Assembly (NCBI GenBank): GCA_035318785.1
Contig: DATHDZ010000341.1
Span: 15,577 to 79,576, forward strand
DNA from: Micropepsaceae bacterium
GTDB lineage: Bacteria > Pseudomonadota > Alphaproteobacteria > Micropepsales > Micropepsaceae
DNA: 64,000 bases
Direction of reading: 5' to 3'
The notes beneath the pieces were generated by a model. It worked only from the letters and a program-made list of their open reading frames with translations. It made no database searches and was not told the origin of the DNA. A program made the translations under genes and the position numbers. Below are positions 10,404 to 19,346 of this stretch, piece by piece. Within the stretch, counting starts at the first letter, position 1, and every line of letters begins with the position of its first letter.

Positions 10404-11087
10404 TCACGCGCCGCGATTTCCCAGCCGCTTGAAAAACGCGCTGAGTCGATGACGCGCCTGCTCGCGGCGGACCACGGACGCGTCCGTCACCCAGTTCAAT
10501 TGAATGACGCGGCGGGGGCCCGAGAATGGCTCGAAACCATGCCACGCGTGAGGATCGTTCTTGAACACCAGCAAGGTCCCGCGCTCGGGCGGAACTTCGG
10601 CGATGACGGCGTTCAGATCGTCGGGCGCACGCACAAGCCGAAGCCGCCCCCGCGCGCTCTCCCAGCTGTCATTCATGTAAAGGAGCGCCGTTACCAGCTT
10701 GGTCCGGCTGTCGGTGTGGATCTTGCCGTCCGCGGCGCGGCTCTGGCCCCGTACCGTGACCATGGTGGGGTGACCCGCGAGATCCATATTCAGTTTCTTG
10801 CCGACCGCTTCCGTCATCGCAGAACCCTGGATTTCGGCCATGAACGCGGCGAAAGCCGGGCCATAGCTCAAACTGGACAGCGGAAAGCTTCCGGGGTGTT
10901 GGATAGAAGGGAAATCCGCTCCTATGGCTTCAAGCGCCCCAGACCTGACAAAGCCGGGGACGATGAAGAAGGGAAACGGTCCGTGCTGAACCGGCGCGCC
11001 GCCCAGCGCGTCCATGTCCGCGGCCGGCTGCGGCAGAGATGCTTCGTCCCAAACCTGATTGGCTACGCGACTCATAATTCCCATCAT
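10404..11087 (-). CDS. 2OG-Fe(II) oxygenase superfamily protein (prolyl-hydroxylase-like)
   Basis: H-x-D...H facial triad candidates (GKIHTDS ... PHAWHGF). The FPFFIVPGF N-terminal motif and RVIQLNW tail resemble the 2OG-FeII_Oxy_3/4 type. Confidence 0.7.
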   Translation of the reverse strand: MMGIMSRVANQVWDEASLPQPAADMDALGGAPVQHGPFPFFIVPGFVRSGALEAIGADFPSIQHPGSFPLSSLSYGPAFAAFMAEIQGSAMTEAVGKKLNMDLAGHPTMVTVRGQSRAADGKIHTDSRTKLVTALLYMNDSWESARGRLRLVRAPDDLNAVIAEVPPERGTLLVFKNDPHAWHGFEPFSGPRRVIQLNWVTDASVVRREQARHRLSAFFKRLGNRGA

Positions 11088-11259
11088 GCCCTTAGGATGA
11101 GCGCCGGCTCGAACGCCGTCAAACGCCCCTTTGTCAGGTCATTGTCCCGAAGGCAAGCCTGATGGCGGCCTGCGGCTTAAGTTGGGCGTCCGGCGAGGCT
11201 CGCCTTTTGCCCGGATTGGCATTAGATGCAAAAAAGAACACGGCACACGAGGGCGGGGC

Positions 11260-12255
11260 ATGGCAGATACACGAATCGCCGTCATCGACGATTGGCAGAA
11301 CGCTGCGCGCGAGGTGGCCGATTGGTCGGGCCTGCAGAAGCGCGCTGAAGTGGTCTTCTTTCAGCGGCATTATCCGGCAGGGGAAGAGGATGCGGCGGTC
11401 CGCGACCTCAAGGATTTCGATGTCCTGCTCCTTACCCGCGAGCGTTCGAGCTTCCCCGAATCCCTCATCGCGCGCCTTCCCCGGCTGAAAATGATGTCGC
11501 TGACCGGTTCGCGCGCGCCCAACGTGGATCAGGACGCGTGCACCAAACGCGGCATTATCTGCACCATGACCTCCGGCGGGCACTCGCCCGCGCCTGCGGC
11601 GGAAATGGCGCTGGCGTTGCTGCTTGCGGCGGCGCGGCAGATTCCGGCTGGGGATGCCGCCATGCGGGCCGGCCGTTTCCAGGAAGGCATCCGCCCTGGC
11701 ATCAATCTCGAAGGACGCACGCTGGGCATTGTCGGGCTCGGGCGCATCGGGGCCTATATGGCGCGATATGGCAAGGCGCTCGGCATGCGGGTGATCGCGT
11801 GGAGCCAAAACCTCACCGACGAAAGAGCCAGGGACGCCGGCGCCGAACGCGTGGACAAGGAACGGCTCTTCTCCGAGGCGGATGCTGTCACCGTGCATCT
11901 CGTGCTCGGACCGCGTTCGCGCGGGCTGATCGGCGCGGCCGATTTCGCGCGCATGAAAAAAGGCGCGATCTTCGTCAACACATCGCGCGGACCGATCGTC
12001 GATGAGGCGGCGCTGGTCGCCGCCTCACGCGAGGGGCGGATTTTCGCCGCGCTCGATGTCTACGATACGGAGCCGCTTCCCGCGGACAATCCGTTCCGCA
12101 ATCTACCCAACACTGTTCTCACCCCGCATCTGGGGTTCACCACGGTGGAGGGCTTGGGCGTGTTCTATGAACATGCCATCGACAACATTCTCGCGTTCCT
12201 CGACGGCAAGCCGAAAAACATGGCCAACCCGGAGGCGTTGAAACGCGCGCAATAG
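11260..12255 (+). CDS. D-isomer-specific 2-hydroxyacid dehydrogenase family protein
   Basis: Internal ATG with GAGGGCGGGG RBS. GIVGLGRIGAYMARYGKALGMRVIAW (NAD-binding GxGxxG), VNTSRGPIVDEAAL, LDVYDTEPLP...TPHLG catalytic motifs. Confidence 0.9.
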   Translation: MADTRIAVIDDWQNAAREVADWSGLQKRAEVVFFQRHYPAGEEDAAVRDLKDFDVLLLTRERSSFPESLIARLPRLKMMSLTGSRAPNVDQDACTKRGIICTMTSGGHSPAPAAEMALALLLAAARQIPAGDAAMRAGRFQEGIRPGINLEGRTLGIVGLGRIGAYMARYGKALGMRVIAWSQNLTDERARDAGAERVDKERLFSEADAVTVHLVLGPRSRGLIGAADFARMKKGAIFVNTSRGPIVDEAALVAASREGRIFAALDVYDTEPLPADNPFRNLPNTVLTPHLGFTTVEGLGVFYEHAIDNILAFLDGKPKNMANPEALKRAQ

Positions 12256-12269
12256 CGGACACATCGTTA

Positions 12270-12311
12270 TTCCGGCCAGTTCAGCGCCTCCGCCAACGCA
12301 CGCCCTAAGAT
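12270..12311. repeat. 42-bp direct repeat copy A: intergenic relic of an amidohydrolase 3' end
   Basis: ttccggccagttcagcgcctccgccaacgcacgccctaagat. Identical except for 1 nt to 14479-14520. On the minus strand it reads ILGRALAEALNWPE-stop. Confidence 0.9.
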
Positions 12312-12348
12312 TTGGATAGAGTCCGACCACCGGAGAAGCCGCCTTCCG

Positions 12349-14010
12349 TCATGCATGGCGGGCACGTCCGGCGATGCTGGTGAGGGCTCGGAGTGAGGCG
12401 CTGACGATGTTCCGATCTATCTCAACGCCAAAAATCGTCCTGCCGTTCGGCAGCCCGGCTTCGACATAGGCCGCTGCCTGCGCATCGGATCCCGCACCAA
12501 GCGCGTGCTCGTGATAGGCGAGCACGGCGATATCGGCGATGCCGGCGCGCCGTAGCGCATCGACGAACGCATCGAGCGGGCCGCTGCCATGGCCTTCGAT
12601 GATGCGCTCGTCGCCGCGATCCATGATCGTCGCATGGATCGTGCGCCCGTTGGCATTGGGAAAGGTGCGGTATTCGACGAGATCGATCTCGCCCTCACCG
12701 CGATATTTCTGGCAAAACATGGTCCAGATATCCGACGAGCTGGCCTCCTTGCCGGTGCTTTCGGTCCAGTCCTGGACGATGCGGCTGAATTCGACCTGAA
12801 GCGCGCGCGGCAGCTCGAGACCATGGTCGGTCTTCAGCAAATAGGCGACGCCGCCCTTTCCCGACTGGCTGTTGACGCGGATTACCGCGTCGTAGGTGCG
12901 GCCGAGATCCTTTGGATCGATTGGGAGGTAGGGCACTTCCCAGAGCTCGTCGTTGCGCTTGGCAAGCGCCTCGAATCCCTTCTTGATCGCGTCCTGGTGC
13001 GAGCCTGAAAATGCCGTGAAAACCAATTCGCCCGCATAGGGATGGCGGGGATGCACCGGCAGCCGGTTGCAATACTCGACCGTCTCGACGATCGCATCGA
13101 TGTCGGCGATGGTCAGCTTGGGATCGACGCCCTGGCTGTAGAGATTCAGCGCCAGCGTCATGAGGTCGACATTGCCGGTGCGTTCGCCATTACCGAACAG
13201 CGTGCCTTCGACCCGCTCGGCGCCGGCCAGGACGGCGAGTTCGGCCGCCGCGACTCCCGTGCCGCGATCGTTGTGCGGATGCACCGACAGCACGAACCGG
13301 TCCCGGCCAGTAATGTGGCGGCCGAACCACTCAATCTGGTCCGCATAGACATTGGGCGTCGCCATCTCGACTGTTGCGGGCAAGTTCAGAATCGCCTTTT
13401 TCGTCGGCATCGAACCCCAGGTTTCGAGCACCGCCTCGCAGATCTCGACCGCAAAATCGAGCTCGGTACCGGTGAAGCTCTCCGGCGAGTATTGGTAGAT
13501 GATCTCAGTGCCGGACACTGCGGACGCCAGATCGCCGATTAGCTTGGCACCGGTCACCGCGATGTCGATGATTCCGGCACGATCCTGCCCGAATACGACG
13601 CGGCGCTGCAGCTCGGAAGTCGAGTTGTAGAGATGCACTATCGCTCGTTGCGACCCCGCAATGGCATCGAATGTTCGTCGGATCAGCTCGGAGCGCGACT
13701 GCGTCAGAACCTGGATGGTGACATCCTTGGGCACGAGATCGCCCTCGATCAGCTCGCGCACGAAATCGAAATCCGTCTGCGAAGCGGCGGGAAAGCCAAC
13801 TTCGATCTCCTTGAAGCCGAGCTTGACCAGAAGATCGAACATGCGGCGCTTGCGCTCGGCACCCATGGGCTCGACGAGCGCCTGGTTGCCGTCGCGTAGA
13901 TCGACGCTACACCAGATAGGTGCCCGTTCGATCGTACGGGAAGGCCAGGTGCGGTCGGTTAGATCGACAGGCTGGAATGGGCGGTACTTGTGAACAGGCA
14001 TGCTTGCCAT
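12349..14010 (-). CDS. leuA: 2-isopropylmalate synthase (long, LeuA type 2)
   Basis: MASMPVHKYRPFQPVDLTDRTWPSRTIERAPIWCSVDLRDGNQALVEPM, HPHNDRGTGVAAAELAVLAGAERVEGTLFGNGERTGN, C-terminal LeuA dimer/regulatory domain. AGGAG RBS. Confidence 0.95.
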   Translation of the reverse strand: MASMPVHKYRPFQPVDLTDRTWPSRTIERAPIWCSVDLRDGNQALVEPMGAERKRRMFDLLVKLGFKEIEVGFPAASQTDFDFVRELIEGDLVPKDVTIQVLTQSRSELIRRTFDAIAGSQRAIVHLYNSTSELQRRVVFGQDRAGIIDIAVTGAKLIGDLASAVSGTEIIYQYSPESFTGTELDFAVEICEAVLETWGSMPTKKAILNLPATVEMATPNVYADQIEWFGRHITGRDRFVLSVHPHNDRGTGVAAAELAVLAGAERVEGTLFGNGERTGNVDLMTLALNLYSQGVDPKLTIADIDAIVETVEYCNRLPVHPRHPYAGELVFTAFSGSHQDAIKKGFEALAKRNDELWEVPYLPIDPKDLGRTYDAVIRVNSQSGKGGVAYLLKTDHGLELPRALQVEFSRIVQDWTESTGKEASSSDIWTMFCQKYRGEGEIDLVEYRTFPNANGRTIHATIMDRGDERIIEGHGSGPLDAFVDALRRAGIADIAVLAYHEHALGAGSDAQAAAYVEAGLPNGRTIFGVEIDRNIVSASLRALTSIAGRARHA

Positions 14011-14470
14011 GGCAGAACTCCTGATGCGATTGCGACGCGGGATTGTGAGCGGTCGACCGCTGCTATCAGCAACGGCCGGTGCTAAGTCGCGCGAAGAACC
14101 CGGTCAGGAGAGACCCAGGGCGGCATGGAAGAGGGAACACGGGAGCGACGAGCCTTTCAGGCGAACTTGAGACGACAGCGAATCGCCGGCGCGGTCAACG
14201 CGCCGGGAGGCTAAGTCGGAGTTGGCTCAGGTTCGTGCTCATCACGGCTTTGTACATAGCGACCGGACCCGCGCGCGTCAATTCGCCTCAAGTCCGTCCG
14301 GCGCACCTGGGACTGATACTCCGAACGCGCCAAGTTCCTTGAGCACGAGTTTCTCTGCTCTCACGTCTCGCCCGCTGCAATTTAGCCGCCTCGGGGGTCT
14401 TCTGGCGCAAGATGTTGCGCTTGAGGCCCAGCAATTTGCGCAGTGCGAATCTGCGCCGAGCGCGGCGCGC

Positions 14471-15310
14471 TCAACGCGTTTCCGGCCAGTTCAGCGCCTC
14501 CGCCAACGCACGCCCCAAGATCCACTCCTTGTCTTCGTTGGAGAGGAAATCGAGCGCATGCCGGAAGAGATCGAGGCATTCGCTGTAGCTGCTGGTAAGC
14601 CGGCTAAGGTCTGCGCCCCACAACATCCGTCGCTGGCCGTAAGCATCATAGATACGGCGCAGATGTTGATGCAGATCGTTAAACGGATAGGGTTCGTTGG
14701 AGAAGCATGGTGCCGACGAGACCATGACCGTGACGTTGGGATATCGCGCAAGCGTTAGCAGCTCGTCGATGCCGGCAAACGCCTCTTTCCCTCGAATATC
14801 CAGCGGACACCCCATATGGGGGATAAGGATTTTCAGTTTCGGATGACGCAACAGAACCGGGCTCAGTCGGTTCACATTCCCAGGCACAAGCGCCATGACG
14901 GGAAGCGCAAGCGAAGCGCATTCCGCCCAGAACCAATCGAGCGAACCATCGTCAAGCCAGTCGATGAACGGCTTGACGTGGAACGACATGCGCACGCCGA
15001 GCATGTGCTTGTGATCTAACCAGCCCGCGAGTTGCCGCTGGGCGTCCGGCGCTCTCGCGTCAAACCGTCCGACCACAGCAAAGCGCGTCGGATAACGGGA
15101 GGCCATCGCAAGCGCCCACTCGTTGCTCTCGCCCGCCCAGGTGGGAGGAACGATGACGGCACGGTCGACTCCGGCGGCATCCATCTTGGTAAGCATCTCT
15201 TCGGCGGAGAACCCGTTCGGCCGGTGGGGCGGGCGCGCCTGCGGCTTCGGCCAGGGCCGATCGGGCCGTTCCGCTTCCCACAGATGAACCTGAGCATCGG
15301 TCACGAGCAT
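14471..15310 (-). CDS. Amidohydrolase-2 family protein (PF04909-like; LigJ/LigW/ACMSD-type metal hydrolase/decarboxylase fold)
   Basis: MLVTDAQVHLWE (HxH-type start motif), VDRAVIVPP, KILIPHMG, RMLWGADLS. Start set at ATG 15310 with AAGGGAG RBS. Confidence 0.85.
   Translation of the reverse strand: MLVTDAQVHLWEAERPDRPWPKPQARPPHRPNGFSAEEMLTKMDAAGVDRAVIVPPTWAGESNEWALAMASRYPTRFAVVGRFDARAPDAQRQLAGWLDHKHMLGVRMSFHVKPFIDWLDDGSLDWFWAECASLALPVMALVPGNVNRLSPVLLRHPKLKILIPHMGCPLDIRGKEAFAGIDELLTLARYPNVTVMVSSAPCFSNEPYPFNDLHQHLRRIYDAYGQRRMLWGADLSRLTSSYSECLDLFRHALDFLSNEDKEWILGRALAEALNWPETR
14479..14520. repeat. 42-bp direct repeat copy B (inside the 3' end of the amidohydrolase CDS)
   Basis: ttccggccagttcagcgcctccgccaacgcacgccccaagat. 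Encodes ...ILGRALAEALNWPE of the intact gene. Confidence 0.9.
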
Positions 15311-15357
15311 TCGGCCTGCTCCCTTATGCGCGGCACAGTGAGCCATCCTTCAAGAGA

Positions 15358-15385
15358 TTGACAGACGTCTGATGATCTGTAAATG
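15358..15385 (+). promoter_or_regulatory. Candidate sigma70-type promoter TTGACA-N16-TAAATG overlapping the 10-bp palindrome CAGACGTCTG (possible MarR operator)
   Basis: Read directly in the divergent spacer between the amidohydrolase gene and the SBP-like/MarR/monooxygenase/TTT gene string. Palindrome at 15362-15371. Confidence 0.3.
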
Positions 15386-16381
15386 TTGCGCCTATCGGAG
15401 GTGCCCCCCAGGGAGAGCGCCCCATTGTGGATGGAAGCAAAACGGGAGGTCACCTTGAGCGTCGCCATGGACAAACTGCAGAAGGTCAATGTTTCCATGA
15501 TGAACGCGGTCCATGACCTGCCATTGCTGGTGGCGAGGGACGAAGGCTTCTTCAGAGATGAAGGCCTCGACGTGAACATCCTGAAGACGCCTGGCACCGG
15601 GCAGCACGGCTCGGACCATCAGGCGCTGCGGGACAATATCTTCTCGCGCACGATGGAATCCCTCTACGAGGACGGAGCGTGCGACCAGTTCCGCATGTGC
15701 GAATGGGGCATCATGAAGCGCGCCGTCGAATCCAACCTCGACCTGGATGCCAAACATCGCCCGGCCAAGATTGTCGCGCTCGGCTCTGCCATGTCGTCCT
15801 TCGCGATCGTGACCGATCCGAACGCCGGCATCTATGAGCCGGAGCAGCTGAAGAATGTTCCCATCTCCGTCAGCCCGTTTAACGGCTCCCACTTCACCAT
15901 GCTGAAGATGATGGACGGATTTCTGAAGCGCGACGAGATCAAATGGACGAACGCCGGAACCCACAAGGAACGCCTGGAAGCCTTGCGTGCCGGCACGGTC
16001 AAGGCTGCAAGCTTGCAGGAGCCGTGGATCAGCGTCGCCGAAGCGCAAGGCTGTCGCGTCCTGATCGAGAGTCATTCGACCCGCAGCGAAGCGGCCGGAG
16101 ACGAGCTTGACGGTCCGACGCTGGCAAAGATGTTCAGGGCCGAAGCGCGTGCTGCCGAGGCGATCAACAAGAACCCTGGGAAATATGCGCATTATCTTCT
16201 CGAAGAGGCTGGCGGCGCCCTCGCGCCGGGAGACCTCAAGCTGTCGCGCATGTTGAACGCGCCGCCCGTGCCCTACACGCGCGATCGCTTCAACGACAAT
16301 TACCAATGGACCCTGAGCTGGGGCCTGGTTCCGCCCGGCGCGACCTACGAAAACACGGTATCCAACCGCGCTTGGCAATAA
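15383..16381 (+). CDS. Cytoplasmic NMT1/THI5-like (NitT/TauT SBP-fold) protein, PhtD-like paralog 1
   Basis: No signal peptide. VSMMNAVHDLPLLVARDEGFF, RMCEWGIMKRA and SVSPFNGSHF resemble SBP-fold enzymes. True start uncertain: ATG 15431, TTG 15455 (GGGAGG RBS 5 nt upstream) or ATG 15467. Confidence 0.75.
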   Translation: MLRLSEVPPRESAPLWMEAKREVTLSVAMDKLQKVNVSMMNAVHDLPLLVARDEGFFRDEGLDVNILKTPGTGQHGSDHQALRDNIFSRTMESLYEDGACDQFRMCEWGIMKRAVESNLDLDAKHRPAKIVALGSAMSSFAIVTDPNAGIYEPEQLKNVPISVSPFNGSHFTMLKMMDGFLKRDEIKWTNAGTHKERLEALRAGTVKAASLQEPWISVAEAQGCRVLIESHSTRSEAAGDELDGPTLAKMFRAEARAAEAINKNPGKYAHYLLEEAGGALAPGDLKLSRMLNAPPVPYTRDRFNDNYQWTLSWGLVPPGATYENTVSNRAWQ

Positions 16382-16387
16382 AATCGC

Positions 16388-16903
16388 GTGGCGCCGTCGT
16401 CGAAAAGCTCGCTTGAAGAACTTTATCAGCGGCCTGGATTCCTGATTCGTCGAGCACAGCAAATTGCGGTGTCGCTCTTCCTTGAGGAAACCGGGGAGCT
16501 CGGCATCACCAACACCCAATATGGCATCTTGATGGTGCTCCACGACCGGCCGGGCATCGATCAGATCTCTTTGGCCAAGCTGCTTGGTCTTGATCGTTCG
16601 ACCACGGGAATGGTGCTGGGCAAGCTCGAAAAGGCAGGCCTCGTCGGGCGCTTCATCGGAACGCATGATCGGAGGAGGCGCAATTTGGCGCTCACCAGCG
16701 ACGGCCAAGCCATGCTCCAACGCCTTGCCGAGCCCGCGCGCCGGGCACAGGTGCAAGTCCTGTCACCCTTCACAGCTGAGGAACGGACGATGTTCCTTGC
16801 TTTGCTGGAGAAGTTTGTCGGCAAATTCAACGGCTCGACGCGGGTTCCCATCGAAGCCCGTCGTAGAATCGGCGAGCGGGCGATCGATCCATCGCATCGA
16901 TGA
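16388..16903 (+). CDS. MarR-family transcriptional regulator
   Basis: GFLIRRAQQIAVSLF...ITNTQYGILMVLHDRPGIDQISLAKLLGLDRSTTGMVLGKLEKAGLV...DRRRRNLALT is the classic MarR wHTH. GTG start. Confidence 0.9.
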   Translation: MAPSSKSSLEELYQRPGFLIRRAQQIAVSLFLEETGELGITNTQYGILMVLHDRPGIDQISLAKLLGLDRSTTGMVLGKLEKAGLVGRFIGTHDRRRRNLALTSDGQAMLQRLAEPARRAQVQVLSPFTAEERTMFLALLEKFVGKFNGSTRVPIEARRRIGERAIDPSHR

Positions 16904-18138
16904 TTGCCCGGGACATCGCCATTGTCGGCGCCGGAATTGGCGGCCTTGCGCTCGCGCTTGGGCTGCACCAGCGCGGCCTCCCCTCTCGCATCTATGAGGT
17001 CGCGTCCGAGCTTAAGGAGCTCGGGGTCGGCATCACCATCCTTCCCCATGCGATGCGTGAGCTCAGTGCGCTGGGTCTGCAGGACAAGATTGTCGCTGCT
17101 GGCGTCGCGAACACGCAGAGCGCCTTTTTCAACCGCTTCGGCCAACTCCTCTATAAGGAGACGCGGGGCACCAATGCCGGCTATGCCTATCCGGAGGTCG
17201 GGGTCCATCGCGGGCGTCTGCACACCATTCTCTACGAAGCAGCGAAGGCGCGGCTGGGCGCGGAAAATATCGTCACCAACCGCCGCTGCGTCGGCGTCGA
17301 CCAGGACGCGGATGGCGCCACCCTCTTATTGCAGGAGACCACCAGCGGCAAGAACTTGCCCCCGGTGCGCGCCGGTATCGTGCTGGCCTGCGATGGCATC
17401 AATTCCGCGGTGCGCCGCCAATTCTATCCGAACGAGGAATTGGCGTTCGAGGGCATCAACACCTGGCGCGGCGTGGCGCGGACCAAACCCATCCTCGACG
17501 GGCACACCTATATTCGGATCGGTTCGATCAAGACCGGAAAGCTGGTGATCTATCCCATCCTCGACAATGTCGACGGAAAGGGAACGCAGCTCGTCAATTT
17601 TACCAGCGAGGTGCCGCTTTTCGGCAGACCGAAGAACGATTGGAACAAGCCCGCGACGCTGGAGAATTTCTTGCCGGTTTATGAGTCCTGGCGTTTCGAT
17701 TGGCTCGACGTTCCCCAGCTTCTGAGGAATTTGGAAGTCGTGCTGGAATATCCGATGGTCGACCGCGATCCGATTCTGCGATGGACCTTCGGCCGCATCA
17801 CGCTGGTGGGCGATGCCGCCCATCCCATGTATCCGAGGGGCTCGAACGGTTCTGCCCAAGCGCTCATCGATGCACGCGTTCTCTGCGATCTGATCAAATC
17901 GAGCGATGATCCGGTTGCGGCGCTGGCAGCCTATGAACAGGCGCGCCTCGGCCCGACCAACAATATCGTGCGCACCAACCGCACGACGCCGCCCGATTTC
18001 ATCAATATCAAAGTCGAAGAGCTGACCGGCGACCGGCCCTTCGACGATCTGGACAAATATATCAGCCAAGACGAGTTGCGCGCGCTTTCCGACAACTACA
18101 AGCGCATCGCCGGTTTCGGGCAGCCGGACATGGCGTGA
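16900..18138 (+). CDS. FAD-dependent aromatic-ring monooxygenase (salicylate/3-hydroxybenzoate hydroxylase-like)
   Basis: IAIVGAGIGGLALALGL (GxGxxG), ACDGINSAVR (DG motif), LVGDAAHPMYPRGSNGSAQALIDA (GD motif). ATGA overlap with the MarR stop. Confidence 0.9.
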   Translation: MIARDIAIVGAGIGGLALALGLHQRGLPSRIYEVASELKELGVGITILPHAMRELSALGLQDKIVAAGVANTQSAFFNRFGQLLYKETRGTNAGYAYPEVGVHRGRLHTILYEAAKARLGAENIVTNRRCVGVDQDADGATLLLQETTSGKNLPPVRAGIVLACDGINSAVRRQFYPNEELAFEGINTWRGVARTKPILDGHTYIRIGSIKTGKLVIYPILDNVDGKGTQLVNFTSEVPLFGRPKNDWNKPATLENFLPVYESWRFDWLDVPQLLRNLEVVLEYPMVDRDPILRWTFGRITLVGDAAHPMYPRGSNGSAQALIDARVLCDLIKSSDDPVAALAAYEQARLGPTNNIVRTNRTTPPDFINIKVEELTGDRPFDDLDKYISQDELRALSDNYKRIAGFGQPDMA

Positions 18139-18296
18139 AGGTCACGGGAGCCCTCAGCAGAATGTGATGTTTCGGTGCGGGAAAATCCCCTGCCCGTCGG
18201 GTTTCCCGGCTTGAAGACGAACCTACCGGTCTAGGTTTGCCTGCGTCTTGAAGGTACGCTCCGGCGGAAATGTCCCGAGCCGCGCCCCGATACAGC

Positions 18297-19280
18297 ATGG
18301 TCAAATTCTCTCGCCGCGATGTCGTTCGCGCCGGGATTGGCGCTTCCCTGATTCTTGCGCCGCGCGTGGCTTGGGCCGCGCCCAGCGGGTTTCCCGTGAA
18401 GAACATCCAATTCATCATTCCCTATGCGCCTGGCGGCGGCTTCGATTCCTATGTTCGCTTCATCTCGCCGGTGATCGAGCAGCACCTGCCCAACCGCATC
18501 AGCATCGTTCCGATCAATGTCACGGCCGGCAGCGGCGCGCGCGGCATCAGCCAACTCTACCGTGCCAAACCGGACGGCTATACAATCGGGATTTTCGACG
18601 TGCCGGGCATGTTCATCCAGCAGGCGCTGCAGGGAAACAACGCTTACGACCTTTCGAAATTCGCCTGGATCGGCTGCATGGGCGAAGGCGAGCGTTACCT
18701 CGTCGGCGTCGGCGCGAATTCGCCGCTCAAAACTTACGCGGATCTGCAGACGCTCTCGGCCAAACGTCCGGTGAAGTTCGCCGTCACGGGCCTCGAAGGC
18801 ACCGCCACCGCCGCGGCCATTGTCGGTACCGAGGTGCTCGGCATAAAGCGGCAATTGATCACCGGCTATCGCGGCTCGAGCGATTACATCGTTGCGGCGA
18901 TCCGCGGCGATTCCGATGCCGTCATCTCCGCGACATCCACCATGATGCGTTTCGCCCGTGCGGGTCAACTTCGCATCCTCGCCTCTTTCGAGACGCATGC
19001 GACGATTCCCGGCATTCCTGATGCGACGAGCCTGGGCAAGCCGGAGCTAGACCAGATTACCGTGGACCGGCCCGTGGCCGCGGCGCCGGGCACGCCGCCT
19101 GAGATTCAGAACATCCTGTCCGGTGCACTGGCAAAAGCTCTGGCCGATCCAAAAGTGGTCGCCTGGGCAAAGGAAAACGACATCGTGATGAAGCCGAACA
19201 CGCCGCAGGAAGCAGCGGCCTTGGTGGCCCGGCAACACGCGTTTTTCGACCATTGGAAGAAATATCTGGTGAACGGGTGA
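18297..19280 (+). CDS. tctC: Tripartite tricarboxylate transporter substrate-binding protein (Bug/TctC family), copy 1
   Basis: MVKFSRRDVVRAGIGASLIL Tat-like signal. IPYAPGGGFDSYVR, AKPDGYTIG, ITGYRGSSDY are Bug-family hallmarks. Confidence 0.9.
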   Translation: MVKFSRRDVVRAGIGASLILAPRVAWAAPSGFPVKNIQFIIPYAPGGGFDSYVRFISPVIEQHLPNRISIVPINVTAGSGARGISQLYRAKPDGYTIGIFDVPGMFIQQALQGNNAYDLSKFAWIGCMGEGERYLVGVGANSPLKTYADLQTLSAKRPVKFAVTGLEGTATAAAIVGTEVLGIKRQLITGYRGSSDYIVAAIRGDSDAVISATSTMMRFARAGQLRILASFETHATIPGIPDATSLGKPELDQITVDRPVAAAPGTPPEIQNILSGALAKALADPKVVAWAKENDIVMKPNTPQEAAALVARQHAFFDHWKKYLVNG

Positions 19281-19346
19281 GCGCTATTTACCGTTGCATC
19301 ATTCGTTAGGGACGACTTTATGGCGGGAAGACCAGGGAGCAAAAAT

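Noticed and set aside
14195-14257. 20-codon mini-ORF upstream of leuA, considered as a classical Leu leader peptide.
   Set aside because: The four Leu codons are interspersed rather than consecutive, and no downstream hairpin carries a U-run. It is kept only as a low-interest note.
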